A DNA stretch of 64,000 nt from positions 124,001 to 188,000 of the forward strand of contig JAMDHS010000015.1 in NCBI GenBank assembly GCA_029717555.1, given 5' to 3'. The translations under genes and the position numbers were made by a program. This DNA comes from Peribolospora baueri. Taxonomy: Eukaryota. Each line of letters opens with the position of its first letter. The first letter of the stretch is position 1. Of this stretch, positions 11,172 to 23,615 are shown piece after piece. Under the pieces are notes generated by a model that had not been told where the DNA came from, did no database searches, and worked only from the letters and a program-made list of their open reading frames with translations.

Positions 11172-13240
11172 ATGGCTCCTCCCACCGCGGCCACCGATTA
11201 CGTCCATCCCGCCCCCGCCCCGGCCGACCAGCGCGAGCAAGACACCAAGAAAACCGGCTTCGTACAGAAAAACTACAAGGGCTTTGTCGTCCCTAGGCCG
11301 CCCAAGTTTGAAGATAAGCTGGAGGAGAGGGAGTATCGGAAGCAGAGGCTCGCTGCTGCTTTCAGGGTCTTTGGAAGGCTCGGGTTCGACGAAGGTGAGG
11401 TCGAGCGAGCGAGCAAGCAAGCGAGCGGGCTTGGTCGTGGGATCGTCTCAAGCTCGCGGCGATGAGATGGGAGTGCTCCGTTCGTGGTGGCCCGCGCTCG
11501 CTTCCTCTATCCTTTCCTCTTCCCTCTTCGCCCCGCTCAACTCGTTGTTTGCCCATTATTTCCTTGCTTTGCAGGCGTTGCCGGCCACTTGACCTACAGG
11601 GATCCCGTTCTGCACGATCATTTCTGGTGAGCCCAGTCAGCCTCGTTAGGCTGCGCGATCGCCGCTCGTCCCCCTCGGTTGCCATGCCCCCTCGCTACGT
11701 CCCCAATCTCGTCTCACTTCGCAACGATCTCTCATCGGCATCTTATTTATCCCTCTCCTTTATTCATCTTTTTCTTTCCTCTTCGTCTACATTCCCTGTC
11801 TCCGCGTCCATGCCGCATCGGATAGGGTAAACCCCTTCGGCCTGGCCTTCTCCCTCATGACAGCTTCGGACCTGCTCCTCGTCGCTCCGGATGGAAGCGT
11901 TGTCATGGGTGGCAAGCGTGAGCAGAATGACCTGCTTCAAGGGCGGAAGGAGCTCCAAAACGGCTTTCTCCAGCGCCTCGCGTCGATGCTTCTTTGTGAC
12001 CGCTTTCGCCTTTTCATCCCTAAATCGCAGCCGGGAACCAGGTGTATAACCAGGCTGCGTACGCCATTCATCATGCCATGTGAGTCAGGTCCCAACTACG
12101 TCATCGCTGATCCATCGTCCTTCCTCTTCCATGCTGTCCCTTTACAATGCCCTCTCCCTTCCGTCCTCCTTCCACAAACAGCCACACAGCCCGCCCGGAC
12201 GTCGACGCGGCGTGCCACTCGCACAGCATCCATGGAAAGGCTTTTTCGGCCTTTGGACGCGAGCTTGACATCAGCACGCAGGACAGTTGCGCCTTTTACA
12301 AGGACCATGCGGTGCGTCTGCTCTCTCTTCCTTAATCGGCCACTTCTGTGATCAACACTCGCGCACGTTCGTTCATTCGCAAACTCTTACCGTTCCACGT
12401 CATCATCATTCGCTCGTTCACCCGGACAGGTCTACCCCAACTTTGGCGGCGTGGTGCTGGCGGAGGAAGAATCGGCGCGGATCGCCGAGTACTTGGGCGA
12501 CAAGAAGGCTCTTATAATGCAGAATCACGGTATCTTGACCGTCGGACATGTACGTGGCTTTTCCTTCCTTCAGCGTAGGGCGCGAAGGGCGGCTTGCGGA
12601 GCGGGGTGTAAGAAAGGACGGTGCGGAGGAGTATTGGGCAATTCGGATGAACGTTTCCTTTGGTTTCTCGTCGTATGTCGCCAGACTATCGAAAGTGCCA
12701 CTGCTTGGTTCATTGGGTGAGTAGGGCCCCAGTGGGAAGTTGCCTTCGCCATTCCTCCTTCACCTTTGGGCCGGGCCGCTGTACCGCGTCCTCACTCGGC
12801 GCTTATCCGTTCACTGACCACTCTTTCCCTTTACCCTTGCCCCCTCCCCTCGCCTGCTTTTTAGGCTCGAGAAAGCATGCCAAGTCCAACTCTTGATCGA
12901 CGCAGCCGCGAACGGCAAGGGCGTAGAGCCGATCAAGATCGGCGAGGAGGAAGCAGAGTTCACCTATAAGCAGGTCGGCACGGAGAGGGTCGGGTACTTC
13001 CAGTCTTCCGTGAGTCGTCCAGGCCATCGTTTATACCTCGCGTCATCAGGCACGTCATGTGCCTGCTCGCCTCGCTGCCCGGTTGGGTGTCCACCTGTTC
13101 GAGAACCGGTCGTGACCCAAGCGGGGCCTCCTTCACAGCGGACCTAGCTGACAATTCGTTTTTCCCACCATCTCATGTCCACTGGACAGCCGTATTTCCA
13201 GATGGTGGACGCGGAGACCCAGGGCGCCTACAAGGCCTGA
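11172..13240 (+). CDS. Class II aldolase/adducin-head family protein (Mug14-like)
   Basis: Spliced: 'KQRLAAAFRVFGRLGFDE|GVAGHLTYRDPVLHDHFW|VNPFG..MTASDLLLV', 'AIHHAIHTARPDVDAACHSHSIHGKAFS' (metal-binding HxH), 'QDSCAFY', 'KALIMQNHGILTVG', 'LEKACQVQL'. It ends 'ETQGAYKA*' at 13238-13240. Confidence 0.93.
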
Positions 13241-13931
13241 TACGTTCTTTGTGTCGCAACTTCTCATCAAATCGACAAGTGTTCCCTCCCTTTCGGCGCC
13301 AAAATCACTTCCCCCCTCGGCTCTCCATCCTCTTTTTTATAGTCTTGGCGTAGTGGGATAGGCAGGTGCATCAAGAAGCGGAATCTGTTGCTGAGATTTG
13401 ACGAGAGAGGCTGTCCTCCTCGCCATTTTGACGGCCTGGGCGATATCCAATAGTGTACTTCTGGTGGTTGATCTCTTCTGTGACCTCTCTCGTCCGTGAG
13501 ACTTGCAGGGGGGAGGAAAATCGCTTGTGGGGGTGAGATGGTCTTAGCATTGGCTCCCATTAAGAAAACCTCCAACTTGATGTTTTACACTATTCTCGCC
13601 TGTGCCTCTCAATGTGACCTCTTGGATGTTTTTGTGTTATCTATCGGCTTTCCGTTCGACCTTTCAATGCTTTGATGTGCCCGCTTCGGTGTGCCCGTGT
13701 CATGACCATTCGTAGACTGGAGTCCAACCTTTCTTCAATATGAAAATGCTGTCCTCCCGTGGGTTCGCCAAAGCTGACGCTAGCGGACGACTCATCGGCG
13801 AAAGGAAGCTGTATGAAGATGGGTCGCAAATAAGAAAACAACGCTCGGCTGGCGGCTTCATTAGAACCTTGCACACCGAGTATATGTACAAACACGAGCC
13901 GGGCGAGTCCTGCACAGACCGTTCATTCGGA

Positions 13932-14796
13932 TCAACGACGAATGCCCTGCCCCCGATCACGTCCTCTGCGTGCTGGAAGGCGCAAAAAACAAAAGATCGA
14001 GCGAAACAGACACCAGTCAGACAAAGGTGAGCGTGCTGCGCTGGCAGCAAAGATAGATGATCACTGAAGTCCCGAGGATCGTCAACTCACCGTTCGCGCG
14101 CATGATGGTCGCCCTTCCACGCGCCGTACCGATACCTCGTCCCTTCATCGCGTTGGCACCGACTCGTTTGAACCTGGACAGAAAAGAAGGGCGGAGATGA
14201 AGTTCAAGTGTCAGTCGCTTGGCGACACGAAGAAGATGACGGGAAGTCATTTGAAAGCCCGAGCGCCCATCCCCGCATGGCCCCGTCCATATTTGCATTC
14301 GTCCTGCCGAGTGGGCATTCCTCCGAAGGACCTCCATTTGCTCCGGCCACTCATACCCCTGGCAAAACATGGCGGGCATCCCTGCCACCCAGACGACCAT
14401 TACTCACATCGGCGCGTTGGCGAGCATGTCTGGCACGATAAAGAAGCGAATCATAGATCCCCTGATGTAAACTTGATCCAGCTGGCTCACGCGACCGTCG
14501 CGTGCAGTGACGGTGATGTCCTTGAGGGAGATGTTCAAATTGTCCTCGGCTGGCGTCATGCATTCAAAAGGATTTCCAGAAAAATCAGAATCGCGCCGTC
14601 CTCGGACCTTGGGCCAGCTCAACGAACCCAACCCCATCCTATCCGAGCCAGCGAGAAGAACAGAAGCCAACAAAAAAGGCCCACAGCACGGGCGCCCGTC
14701 TTCACCCAACACACCCAAACCCGCCAGCGCCCTCCAGGAGGCGCCAAAGACAAAACGGCAAAAAAAGAGGACATCCGCGAGAGCGAGCGAGCGAAC

Positions 14797-14832
<36 letters not shown>

Positions 14833-14944
14833 ACTCACCCTCAAACAAAGTACCCCTATACACCTGCCCGCCCTTAAGCTCGACAGTGATGACGTGGCCG
14901 AGCGACTCGTGAAGGAGCTTGACGGGGATTCCGATAGTGCCCAT
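13932..14944 (-). CDS. SMD3: Small nuclear ribonucleoprotein Sm D3
   Basis: Four exons: '[123 protein letters not shown]'. Confidence 0.97.
14807..14832. repeat. (GA)n microsatellite in SmD3 intron 1
   Basis: Perfect GA run directly adjacent to the intron donor. Confidence 0.95.
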
Positions 14945-15565
14945 CTTTTCTTCTTTTTTTTTAACAGTCTGGTCCGTCGATCGGTCGGTTTACTGATTGG
15001 ACTCGCTTGGTGGTCGTCGCCGCGGTGTATTGGATGGATGGGTTGGCCTTCCCTCAGACGATCAGTGCAAGGCTGCGGCACGGGGCTCGTGCTTACGCGA
15101 GCTAGGGTTATCAATTCCTCGCCCACGATAAGCCAAGCCACCCATCCATCCTCCCTCCGGCCTCGAAGAGGGGAAAAACTTCAGTGATATGATACGATTA
15201 CTAGTGGAACGGACGACGTGCGGGTATGTTGACAAGGAGCAGGAGGAAGGTATACAGGGGTGAAGGCGCAGGAGAAAGGGGAAAAAATTGGAAAGGAGGC
15301 AAGAAAAAAATGTTACAAAAGAAAGAAGGAAAAAAGATGCGCTAATGGGCGGCGGACCGGAGGTGGACGAGCTGGAACGAAGATGGAACGAGAAAGGTTT
15401 GCGCAGGAGGTGGGAAGCTACTGCATCGCGTGTGCTGGCGGCATGGGGTGCGGGATAAGAAGACATTTTGCGAGCGGTAAGATGGCAAGGAAGAACGGGG
15501 GAGGGAGGGAGGGGAGGGAAGGGTGAGGAGAGCAACAGGGCATGGAGGAGAGAATTCTCCACCCA

Positions 15566-18500
15566 TTACGACGCCGACGACGCCATCTGAACGACGGACT
15601 GCGCCTCATCACAGACGGCCGCGATGCGGCGCATGCCTTCAAAGGCGCGGTCGAGGAGGGACATGGACAAGGAGGACATGGGTATGTTGGACATGAGGTC
15701 TTAACCGGTCGACGAACGGGCAAAGGAAGACGCGCCCACGTCAGCGCTGTTGACTACGAGACACGAGGCGGCGGCCAACGTCAACCCGACGCTCACCTTT
15801 GAGAAGGAGGAGATACCTCGGAATGCGCTGCGTCGGCATGATCGACACGTCGAGCGCGCTCAGCGCCTTGCCCCCGCCGAGAGCGCCGCCGCGGCCGGGC
15901 TTGGCGGGCGTGGCGGCGCCGTGTACGACACTGGTGGAGTGCGTCTTCTTCGAGAGAGGGTCGTCGCTGAGAAAGGCAAAACTGGCGCGTTGCAACGCCA
16001 TGCTCGCTCCGATGCTCGCTCGCTTCGCCGGGCCCGTGCTCTGCGAGCGCTCCGGTCTACGACGGGGCTGGGTAACTGGAGAAGAGAGGGCGAGGGCGTC
16101 GATGGAACGCCACTCTTCCCGGTCCGACGACTCGTCGTCGTCAACGTCCTGAAGGAGACCCAGGCCCGCCGCTTGCTTGTCCTTGGGTTTGCCACCCAGG
16201 CTGGCCCGGAGACCGCTCATGACCTCTCCGACGCAGGACGACCACTCGCGGAAGATGTTCTCCATCTCGTCCTCGACCGCCAGAAAGGCGGTGGCGACGC
16301 CCCATGCCGACGGATCCTCGTCCAGCCGTTCGCTCAACGTGCGTGAGAGGGCGATGAGCAGAGGCAGGAACCGACGAAGATGGTCGAGGTGGAGAGGCGG
16401 TTTGAGCTGGAGAAGAGTGGAAGCAGGGCGCGAGTGTCTCTTCTTTCCCGGCGACACATGGGTCGCCACAGAGGCGTTCGGCAGAGGCGCCACTTTCGCC
16501 AGCGCGTCGTTAAGACGGACTAGATGTCTCGCGTAGCTTCTCTCCGTTTGCACGATCCTAAGGGAAGGACGCGGTAAGACGGAAGGAAAAGAAAGCAAAT
16601 CTTGTGGTGAGCAGGGGAAATCAAAACATGCTGACCGGGGGAAGGGGGGCCCCCCCCCCCCCCCCCCCCCCCCAAGGCTGGATGAGACAAAAGCAAAAAC
16701 TCACTCTCGAATGACGAATAGTGCCTTAACCTCCCTCTTCCAATCCGCCTCATCGACGAGCACGCCTTCCTTGACGCCCACCTCAGCAGAGCTCATCTTG
16801 GTCAGCGTGCCCTCGACCTTGGCGGCCGCGGCGACGGACGTGTTGTTGTTGGTGGCCATCGTCGTCGTCGTCGACGACTTGGTGGTGATCTTGGAGGTGG
16901 TGAACAAGGGCTCGCTCGGGGAGCGCACGAATTGGGAAGACCGCGAGGAAGAGGTAGAAGGACCCATGCCCATCTTCGACAGCTTCTCTCTAGCGTGCCT
17001 GTCCGCCTCCTGTAACCTCAGCCTATCCCGCTTGGCGGCGCGGATGCCCTCAAGGACGCGAAGGAATTCGGCGTCGTCGGCAATGGACGTGAGCGCCGTC
17101 TCGCTCATCTTTCGCAGCGGGCCGTCGCCCGTCACTTTCGAGCCGCGCACTTTGTCGAGGCCCTTGCGCGGAAGGGAGCTGCCACCACGCTGAGGTTCTG
17201 GCGTGGTAAAGACGGCCGAAACGGGGGGGCGGACAGTGGTCGTGAGCGTAGGCGTGACGGGTGTGTACGAATCGGCCGTAAGCTCGATGCCGACATCCGG
17301 GGAGAAAAAGTCAGACTGAGACGTCTTGGCACTGCCCTTGCCGCCGCCGCTGGTGGAAGAAGAGGTGCGAGAGATGGCGGGGGAAGAGGAGGACGAGCTG
17401 TCATCCTTCTTCAACGACAGGTGGAGCTTTGGTCGGACCTTGTTGCCGAAAGGGTACGACGTGGGCGGGTGAGTGGACTGCTTGGTGCATGCTCTCCCAG
17501 CGTTGGGCGAGGGCGACCTCGAGATGGAGACGGAGCCGGGGCCGGGGCCGGCGGCCCTGAGGAGTTTGGACGACCGAGACTGCTGGCGAGGTTGAATCTG
17601 CGCAGGCGGACCCAGAACGGGGTGTTGGGTGTCGAGCGGAGACGGAGAGCGCGTCAACGCCCTCTCCCCCTCCGGTGTCGCGTGAACGGCAGACATGGGC
17701 TGCAAAGGCGAAAGGACGGTCGAACCAACGAACGTTTCCTTTTCCTTTTCCTTTACACCCAATCCAAACTTGGCCGACTGTTTACGAAGCAGCCTGGAGA
17801 CCGGTCGAGAAGACGGTTCGGACTTTGACTGCTGCTCCTGCTGCTGCTTTTGCTGTTTCTTCGCCGCCTCCTTGCCCTTGGAGTCGCCGGCCTTGTCCAT
17901 CCCCTTGCCGACGTCGTCTCTAGCGGCGCCGGCGTCCTCAACGATGCTCTCATCCAAGCTAGGCACCAGCTCGGGCGGTGTCTCGGCCGGACCAGGCGAG
18001 GTAGGTCGGGAGGAAGCGCGCTTGAGAAAGACATTGGTGAGGCGCGAAAATTTCGGAACGCGGTTGCGGTTGTGCGAGTCCCATTTGGCGCCAATCAAGT
18101 CGATCGACAGTCCGTCGTCTCCGTTCAATCCTTGGAGCTGATCTCGGAGGCCCTCTACGATCTGGTTCACCCGCTCGTCGTCGGAATCCTGATCGTCAGC
18201 TCCTTCCGCGACCGGCGTATCGACCTGCTCGTCCCCGTCCCCGTCCTCGGCCCTCGCTTTGGCGCCAGACCGGATGGCACCACTGAAGAGAAAGCCAAAA
18301 GCGCTGAGTGACTGCGTGCGCCTCAGCCGCTTTCCATCACCGTCGTCGGCAGCAGCGCCCAAGCGATAGTTGCTGGACGAGATCGACTTGTTGCGCCCGC
18401 GCATCCTGTGGCGTGAGGAGGTTGCCTCGGGCGCGGCTGCGGCCGACGACAATGATGGGCCGGTCGACCTCGTGGTGGCGCTCAACTCGTCTGATGAACG

Positions 18501-21011
18501 GGGTTGGATGGACAGGAGAGGCAGGGAAAGCTTGCGGGCGCGGATCTTACTCATAGTACGCTGCCTCGAGCTCGTCGAGCTCTCACTGGTTCGTGTAGGA
18601 CCGAGGCCAATCCCACCCAAGGACAAGGACGGTCTTGGATCCGTCTCGCTCTCTCGCCGCGGTGGCGAGGTCGCAGGACGTGCGCTCGAACATTTTGCGT
18701 CGGTAGCGGTCGTCTTATTCCTGCCGCCGGAGACAGTCCAGCCAGCGTGGAGGCCGCGGACGAGAAGACTCTTGCTGCGCTCGCGGAACGCCGACGGACG
18801 AGGGGTGGGCGCGTCCTTCGAGTCGAACGTCGGCGCGTCGGCGCCCAGGCTAGGAGGGGGGAGGGGAGGGAGCGGCCTAGCGCGTGTCTTGGGCGAGACC
18901 GGCTTGAACGGCAGAGAAGTGGCCGATGCGGACGGCTTTGGGGTCGCCTCACCTGGAGCGAGGGAAGACCGGGAGGGATTGAGGCGCCTCTGCACATCGT
19001 CGAGAGTGACGCCGCTCCCCTCGTCTTTCTCCATGGACGCTTGGTAGAAGTGCTTCGAAGACGGAGCCGGGTTGACGAGGAGCATGGATTTGCGAAAGTA
19101 GGACTTGGCTCTGGACGATGAGGAGGACTGGTCGCCACCACTCCTCGGGGACCGCCCAGAACCGCCGGATGGAGAAGATGGCGCCAATGACGACGGGCGA
19201 TTGTCGGTGTGGCCGCTATCGGAGACGGAGGAGGAAGGCGGAAGCGGGGCATGTCGGCCCACCGGGCTGACAGAGGTCGACTTGACGCTCCTGGCGCGCT
19301 TGGAAAGGCTCTGGAAGAGCGCACCGACGCCGTGTGCTTCCTGCGCGGGCGGCCCAGAGACGGAAATGGCCGGCGTCGGGCTGCTCCGTCCTGGCGCGTG
19401 GCTCTTGAAAAGGTCCGCATCGCGAGATATCCAACCGAAGTTGATCCTGCCGGACTTTGTGCGCTCGGCCGCTCTCGGCGGCGGCTCGGAGGATCCAAGG
19501 TCTTTCGCCCGTCGCGGTTCTCTCGTCAGCTCGTCATCGTCGTCGCCCTCACGCTCTCGTCCCGAGTTGGGCGAGTCGGAGACCTTGGAGGAGTCGACCC
19601 TATTCGGCGTCGGTTCCAGGCGTGTCGTCGACGACGAGTCGGCCCTCTTCCTGGAAGACCTGCTTCCACCGGGAGATGAAGGGGAGGAGGGAAAGGGGCA
19701 TCCGAGGCTTTCCATAGCCAGCAGGGCACCGCTGATATCGACGAGCGCATCGGTGCTATAACGCTCGGGTTTGGGCGGTAGGGTTGGCGGAGCGAGCGAA
19801 TGGGTAGACAATCGACGCGACTGAGCAGTGGAAGCGCGTGATGGTGCCGATCGGGCCGAAACTCCAGGGTGGCTCGATGCGGACCGCTCCAGAGGCCTCC
19901 GTGATCTCGGTGACGTGCGATGGTCACCTGGAAAGAGAGGGGGAAGAGGTCTGGGCGACAAAGCGAGAGGGGGAAGTGAAAAGAGGATCAGTACGGCCGA
20001 GTTGAGATGAGCCAAAGGCGCACAGCACAAGTGGGAAGAGAACGCGAGCGCTCACTTGTTTACGCTTGCTGCCACAGACGAACCGTGGGTCCGCCGCACC
20101 GGTCCCGATCCCGTCGCCGCTCGGTGCAAGTCGACCGGCGCCGACGTCGGAGCCGCCGTTTGCGGAGCAGCGCCTGGTCGTGGTACTGAAGGCAAAGCGG
20201 ATTTGGTGGCGACCTTCTTGGCGAGCACGTCGGTGGCCTTCTGCTTGTCGGCAGAGGAGCCGGACCTGGAGAGGGAGAGAGACCTACGGTGGTCTTGGGA
20301 CGTGGCGCCGGATCGACTGGTGGGTGCGGTGCTCATGGAAGTATGAGAGCCGTAGGAGCCGGAGGCGGCGGTGGAAGCCTGGGACCCGTCGGAGGAGGCA
20401 CCGGAGCCGGAGCGGAGGAGCGAGCTGACGGCGCTGGTAGGTGGGTCCTTGAGGGGTAGGGCGGGTCGAAAAGGGCCGTCACGCAAGAGGGAGCGACGGT
20501 GGGGCGACGTAGGCGGAGGCCGGGAATGGGAAGGAGGGGCGCGAGAGGGAGTGATGGTGTGGCCGCTGGTCGTCGAAGGGGGACTGGGGGTGGGGGTGTG
20601 CCGCTTGATGGCCTCGTCCGAGGGAATGGGAGACAAAGAAGGACGGGCGGCGGCGGGAGGGAAGGAAGAAGAAGGTGGGAGGGAAGAGGGCCGGGCCAAG
20701 TCGTTGACCATCGACCTGGGAAGCGAGGGACCAGAGGTGGACCGGGTGAGCACGCTTTCCTGCGTCATTGCGTCGTAGTAGTCTAAGCCGCGAACGACGA
20801 CGACATGGCTTCGCAAGGGCCTCGATCGGGGCGGCGGCGGGAGACTCTGTCGACGATACGAGACGGTGGCGAGGGGGGAGGAATGGGAGGAGGGAGAGGA
20901 GGAGGAGGAGCGAGTACGGAGCGAGTACGGAGTGAGGGGAGGAGGGCGAGGGTTATGATGGCGGTTATGGCGGTGATGAGGGAGAGACGAAGGAGGGCCT
21001 GCGCTGGCCAT
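15566..21011 (-). CDS. Large Ser/Pro-rich protein with C-terminal DH (RhoGEF) domain, roughly 1,700 aa
   Basis: Exons at about 21011-20056, 19950-16705, 16557-15798 and 15700-15566. DH hallmarks are 'KALFVIRE|IVQTERSYARHL' and 'SIMPTQRIPRYLLLLK|DLMSN', ending 'RRIAAVCDEAQSVVQMASSAS*'. The start could alternatively be the later ATG of 'MTQESV'. Confidence 0.85.
16650..16673. repeat. C24 homopolymer (G24 on the RhoGEF pre-mRNA), intronic
   Basis: Direct read of the sequence. Confidence 0.95.
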
Positions 21012-21387
21012 GGTCGAGGAAACAGATGGATTGGATCGCTGGCTGGCTCGCTCGCTCGGCAGCCGTCAGGGAACGACAACGACAGCGGCGGCGCGCACGT
21101 CGGGGAGGAGAATTTTGAAGTCGACCTGACCTGACCTGCTTCCGTCCGTTTGCCGTCGCCAGCCGGCGTAGCCTGCGGAGGCGAAGGTGTTTTAGAGCAG
21201 AATGGGCGTGGGCGTCGACTCCGTCAAGGCGTCGCGTGCAGACCGATTAGTGTGCCAACGGCCGTGTCGAGCGTCGGCGGGCGGGATAGAGAGGAGGAGG
21301 AGAGGAGAAGGGAAAGAAAGGGAAGGGTGGTGGCGGGAGTGTATGTACAAGTGGCAGAGGGGTGAAGGAGATGGTGGTGGCGGTGGT

Positions 21388-21422
21388 GGACGATGGACGA
21401 TGGACGATGGACGATGGACGAT
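21388..21422. repeat. (GGACGAT)n tandem repeat, about 5 copies
   Basis: Direct read; upstream of the RhoGEF start. Confidence 0.9.
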
Positions 21423-21607
21423 GGGGATGGCCATGGACGACGATGAACGAATGAATGGCTTCTCGTTCGTTCATCGTGTCGTCACCGTCGCCGTCTCCGT
21501 CTTCGTCGTGTCACATACCGTACGTCTGTCTTTCCTTCTTCCTTCCCTCCGTCGTTCGTTGGTTGGTTGGTTCGTTCGCCGATGTCGACCTTTCGCATCA
21601 CTTCGCT

Positions 21608-21669
21608 TCTTCCTCTTCCTCTTCCTCTTCCTCTTCCTCTTCCTCTTCCTCTTCCTCTTCCTCTTCCTC
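21608..21669. repeat. (TCTTCC)n microsatellite, about 10 copies
   Basis: Direct read; it produces the spurious poly-S, poly-E and FL-repeat ORFs. Confidence 0.95.
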
Positions 21670-22427
21670 CTCCGCTTCCCCTTCTTCTTGGGTCGCCTCT
21701 TTCTTGTCTTGTCTCAAGCCGCGCGCGCTCATCCCCCACCCTCCTCCGTCGAAGCCACCGACGGCATCTCCCTGGCTGGCCGCGCCATTTCCCGATCGGC
21801 GATGACGGGCCAGCCACGTCTGCCGGGGCAATCAAGCCGCGGCGATCCGCTTCCCGGGCAGACTTCATACAACAAGATGAGACGTGACGACAGAGAATGA
21901 AGAGGCGAGCGAGACATACTCTTGGCCCATACACGACTATACCCCCAAGTCAAACCGGTTCGAACCGACGCACGCATGCGCGTATGTGCAGTGCAGCGCT
22001 CGAACGCGAACCGAACGTCTGTCTGCGAGGGACAGAACAGACGGACGGACGAACAGACGAGGACGAGGACGGGGACGGGGACCTGAGTCTGTTCCACGAA
22101 CGAACGACGGCGGCACGCAGGCGCCCCCATATTCTCCCTGGCAGACGACACGACCACAACCGACGGTTCGGAGGTGTCACCAACCGGTCGTCACGCCCAG
22201 TATAAAATGACCTCATCGCCCGCCCTGCGGCACGCGCCAGGCCATTCCTCGCTCGTCGGACAGACCCGACGATTCGACGAGCCTCCACTCGCCTCGCCTT
22301 TCCACTCTCACCCCAGAAATGGTCGACGAATCAAGTGGACGGACGGACGTGTTTGTGTCCGGCTGACCAAACGCATGCGACTCACCAACCCGACGTTGCT
22401 CCCTGTATGCATGGACCATCTCGCCAG

Positions 22428-23018
22428 ACTGAATACCGGCGAGCGAGGTAAGGCTTTTCCGATCTCTTCCAGTTCGCTGGACCGCTTCTTCCTCCGAGAG
22501 GTTCAGATCGCTGGCAAGCTGCTCTCCTCCGTGCGATCTGACTTGCAGTTGGTTTTGGCGGTCATCCGCGACGGCGAGAAGCATACGAACCGCTCCAGGT
22601 CACTGGTCGAGAACCTTAACCAAGCTGAGGGTTTCGTCTGGGACGTTCGATCCATATTCCTCCAGTTGACCTGATGAGAATGCGTTCTCTCCTCGTCTAG
22701 GCACTATTCCCTCGCACTGGCGAGTGTATGACGTGCCATCGTCGATGCGATGGAGCCAAGCTGTCTGGCCAGAAGCTGACTCTCACAGACGGGCGAAGCC
22801 AGCCAATTCCGTCCTCCTCCTCTTTCGGCTGGACGAAGAGCTCGGAAGTGATTTCTCTGCGCAACGGCAACGGCGGCGGCGAGGACAAAGACTGGACGGT
22901 GGTCGTGCCCCTCTACACCAACCAGGACCGCACCGTTACACTGGCCTCCCTTGAGCTGCGCTGCGACATTCTACCCGCCATCGTCGCTCAGCGCACAGTC
23001 GCTATTCGTATCGCCTGA
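22428..23018 (+). pseudogene. Decayed fragment of cytoplasmic dynein heavy chain C-terminal region
   Basis: 'LDRFFLREVQIAGKLLSSVRSDLQLVLAVIRDGEKHTNRSRSLVENLNQ' | intron | 'GTIPSHWRVYDVPSSM', then after a frame change 'DGAKLSGQKLTL...VVVPLYTNQDRTVTL...AQRTVAIRIA*'. These match, from memory, successive parts of the dynein-1 heavy-chain C-terminus. The middle part and all upstream motor domains are absent. Confidence 0.8.
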
Positions 23019-23615
23019 TATAATGACCTCTACCCTTGCGGCCATGCAATCGAGCAGTTGATTGTTTTCACAGCTGTTGGAGGTTTCTGTGAGGGGCTCT
23101 ATTCTTTCATATTCCTTCAGCACGCGATTCCCGTGGACGAGCAATCTATCGTTGTCCCATCTGGTGGTTGTCTGATGAGATAACAGAGTCCATTTTATCC
23201 GGGGTGGGGTGTATCTATGCGGTCGCAATCCGATCGAGCGTATATAGTCGTGAGAGCATCACGGTGTCGGGGATATCGAAAGCGGGAAAAAAGAAGGGGT
23301 CTATGGTAAATGAGATAACGAAACGACCCCCGAATGCGCCGAGGGCCGGAGAAGTACGAAGTGAAGACGGAGCAGAGAGTGGCTGGTGGGAGAGTTGGTT
23401 GAGTGGGGGGAGGAGGGGAGGACAGTCAGTCGTGCCGCATCAGATACAGATACACATGGTTATGTCCGGGCCGCCAACACAAAGACGAAGACGAGGGACG
23501 AAAGACGAAAGACGAAAGACGAAAAGTGAAGTCGAAAGGCTCATAATGGTTTTTTTTTGGCGGCTGTGAGTTGGGTGGACCGCCGCCCACGAAACGAAAA
23601 ATTTCTCCTCGATCC

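Noticed and set aside
14174..14407. Long SmD3 intron as a snoRNA host
   Set aside because: No C box (RTGATGA) or H/ACA arrangement found by eye.
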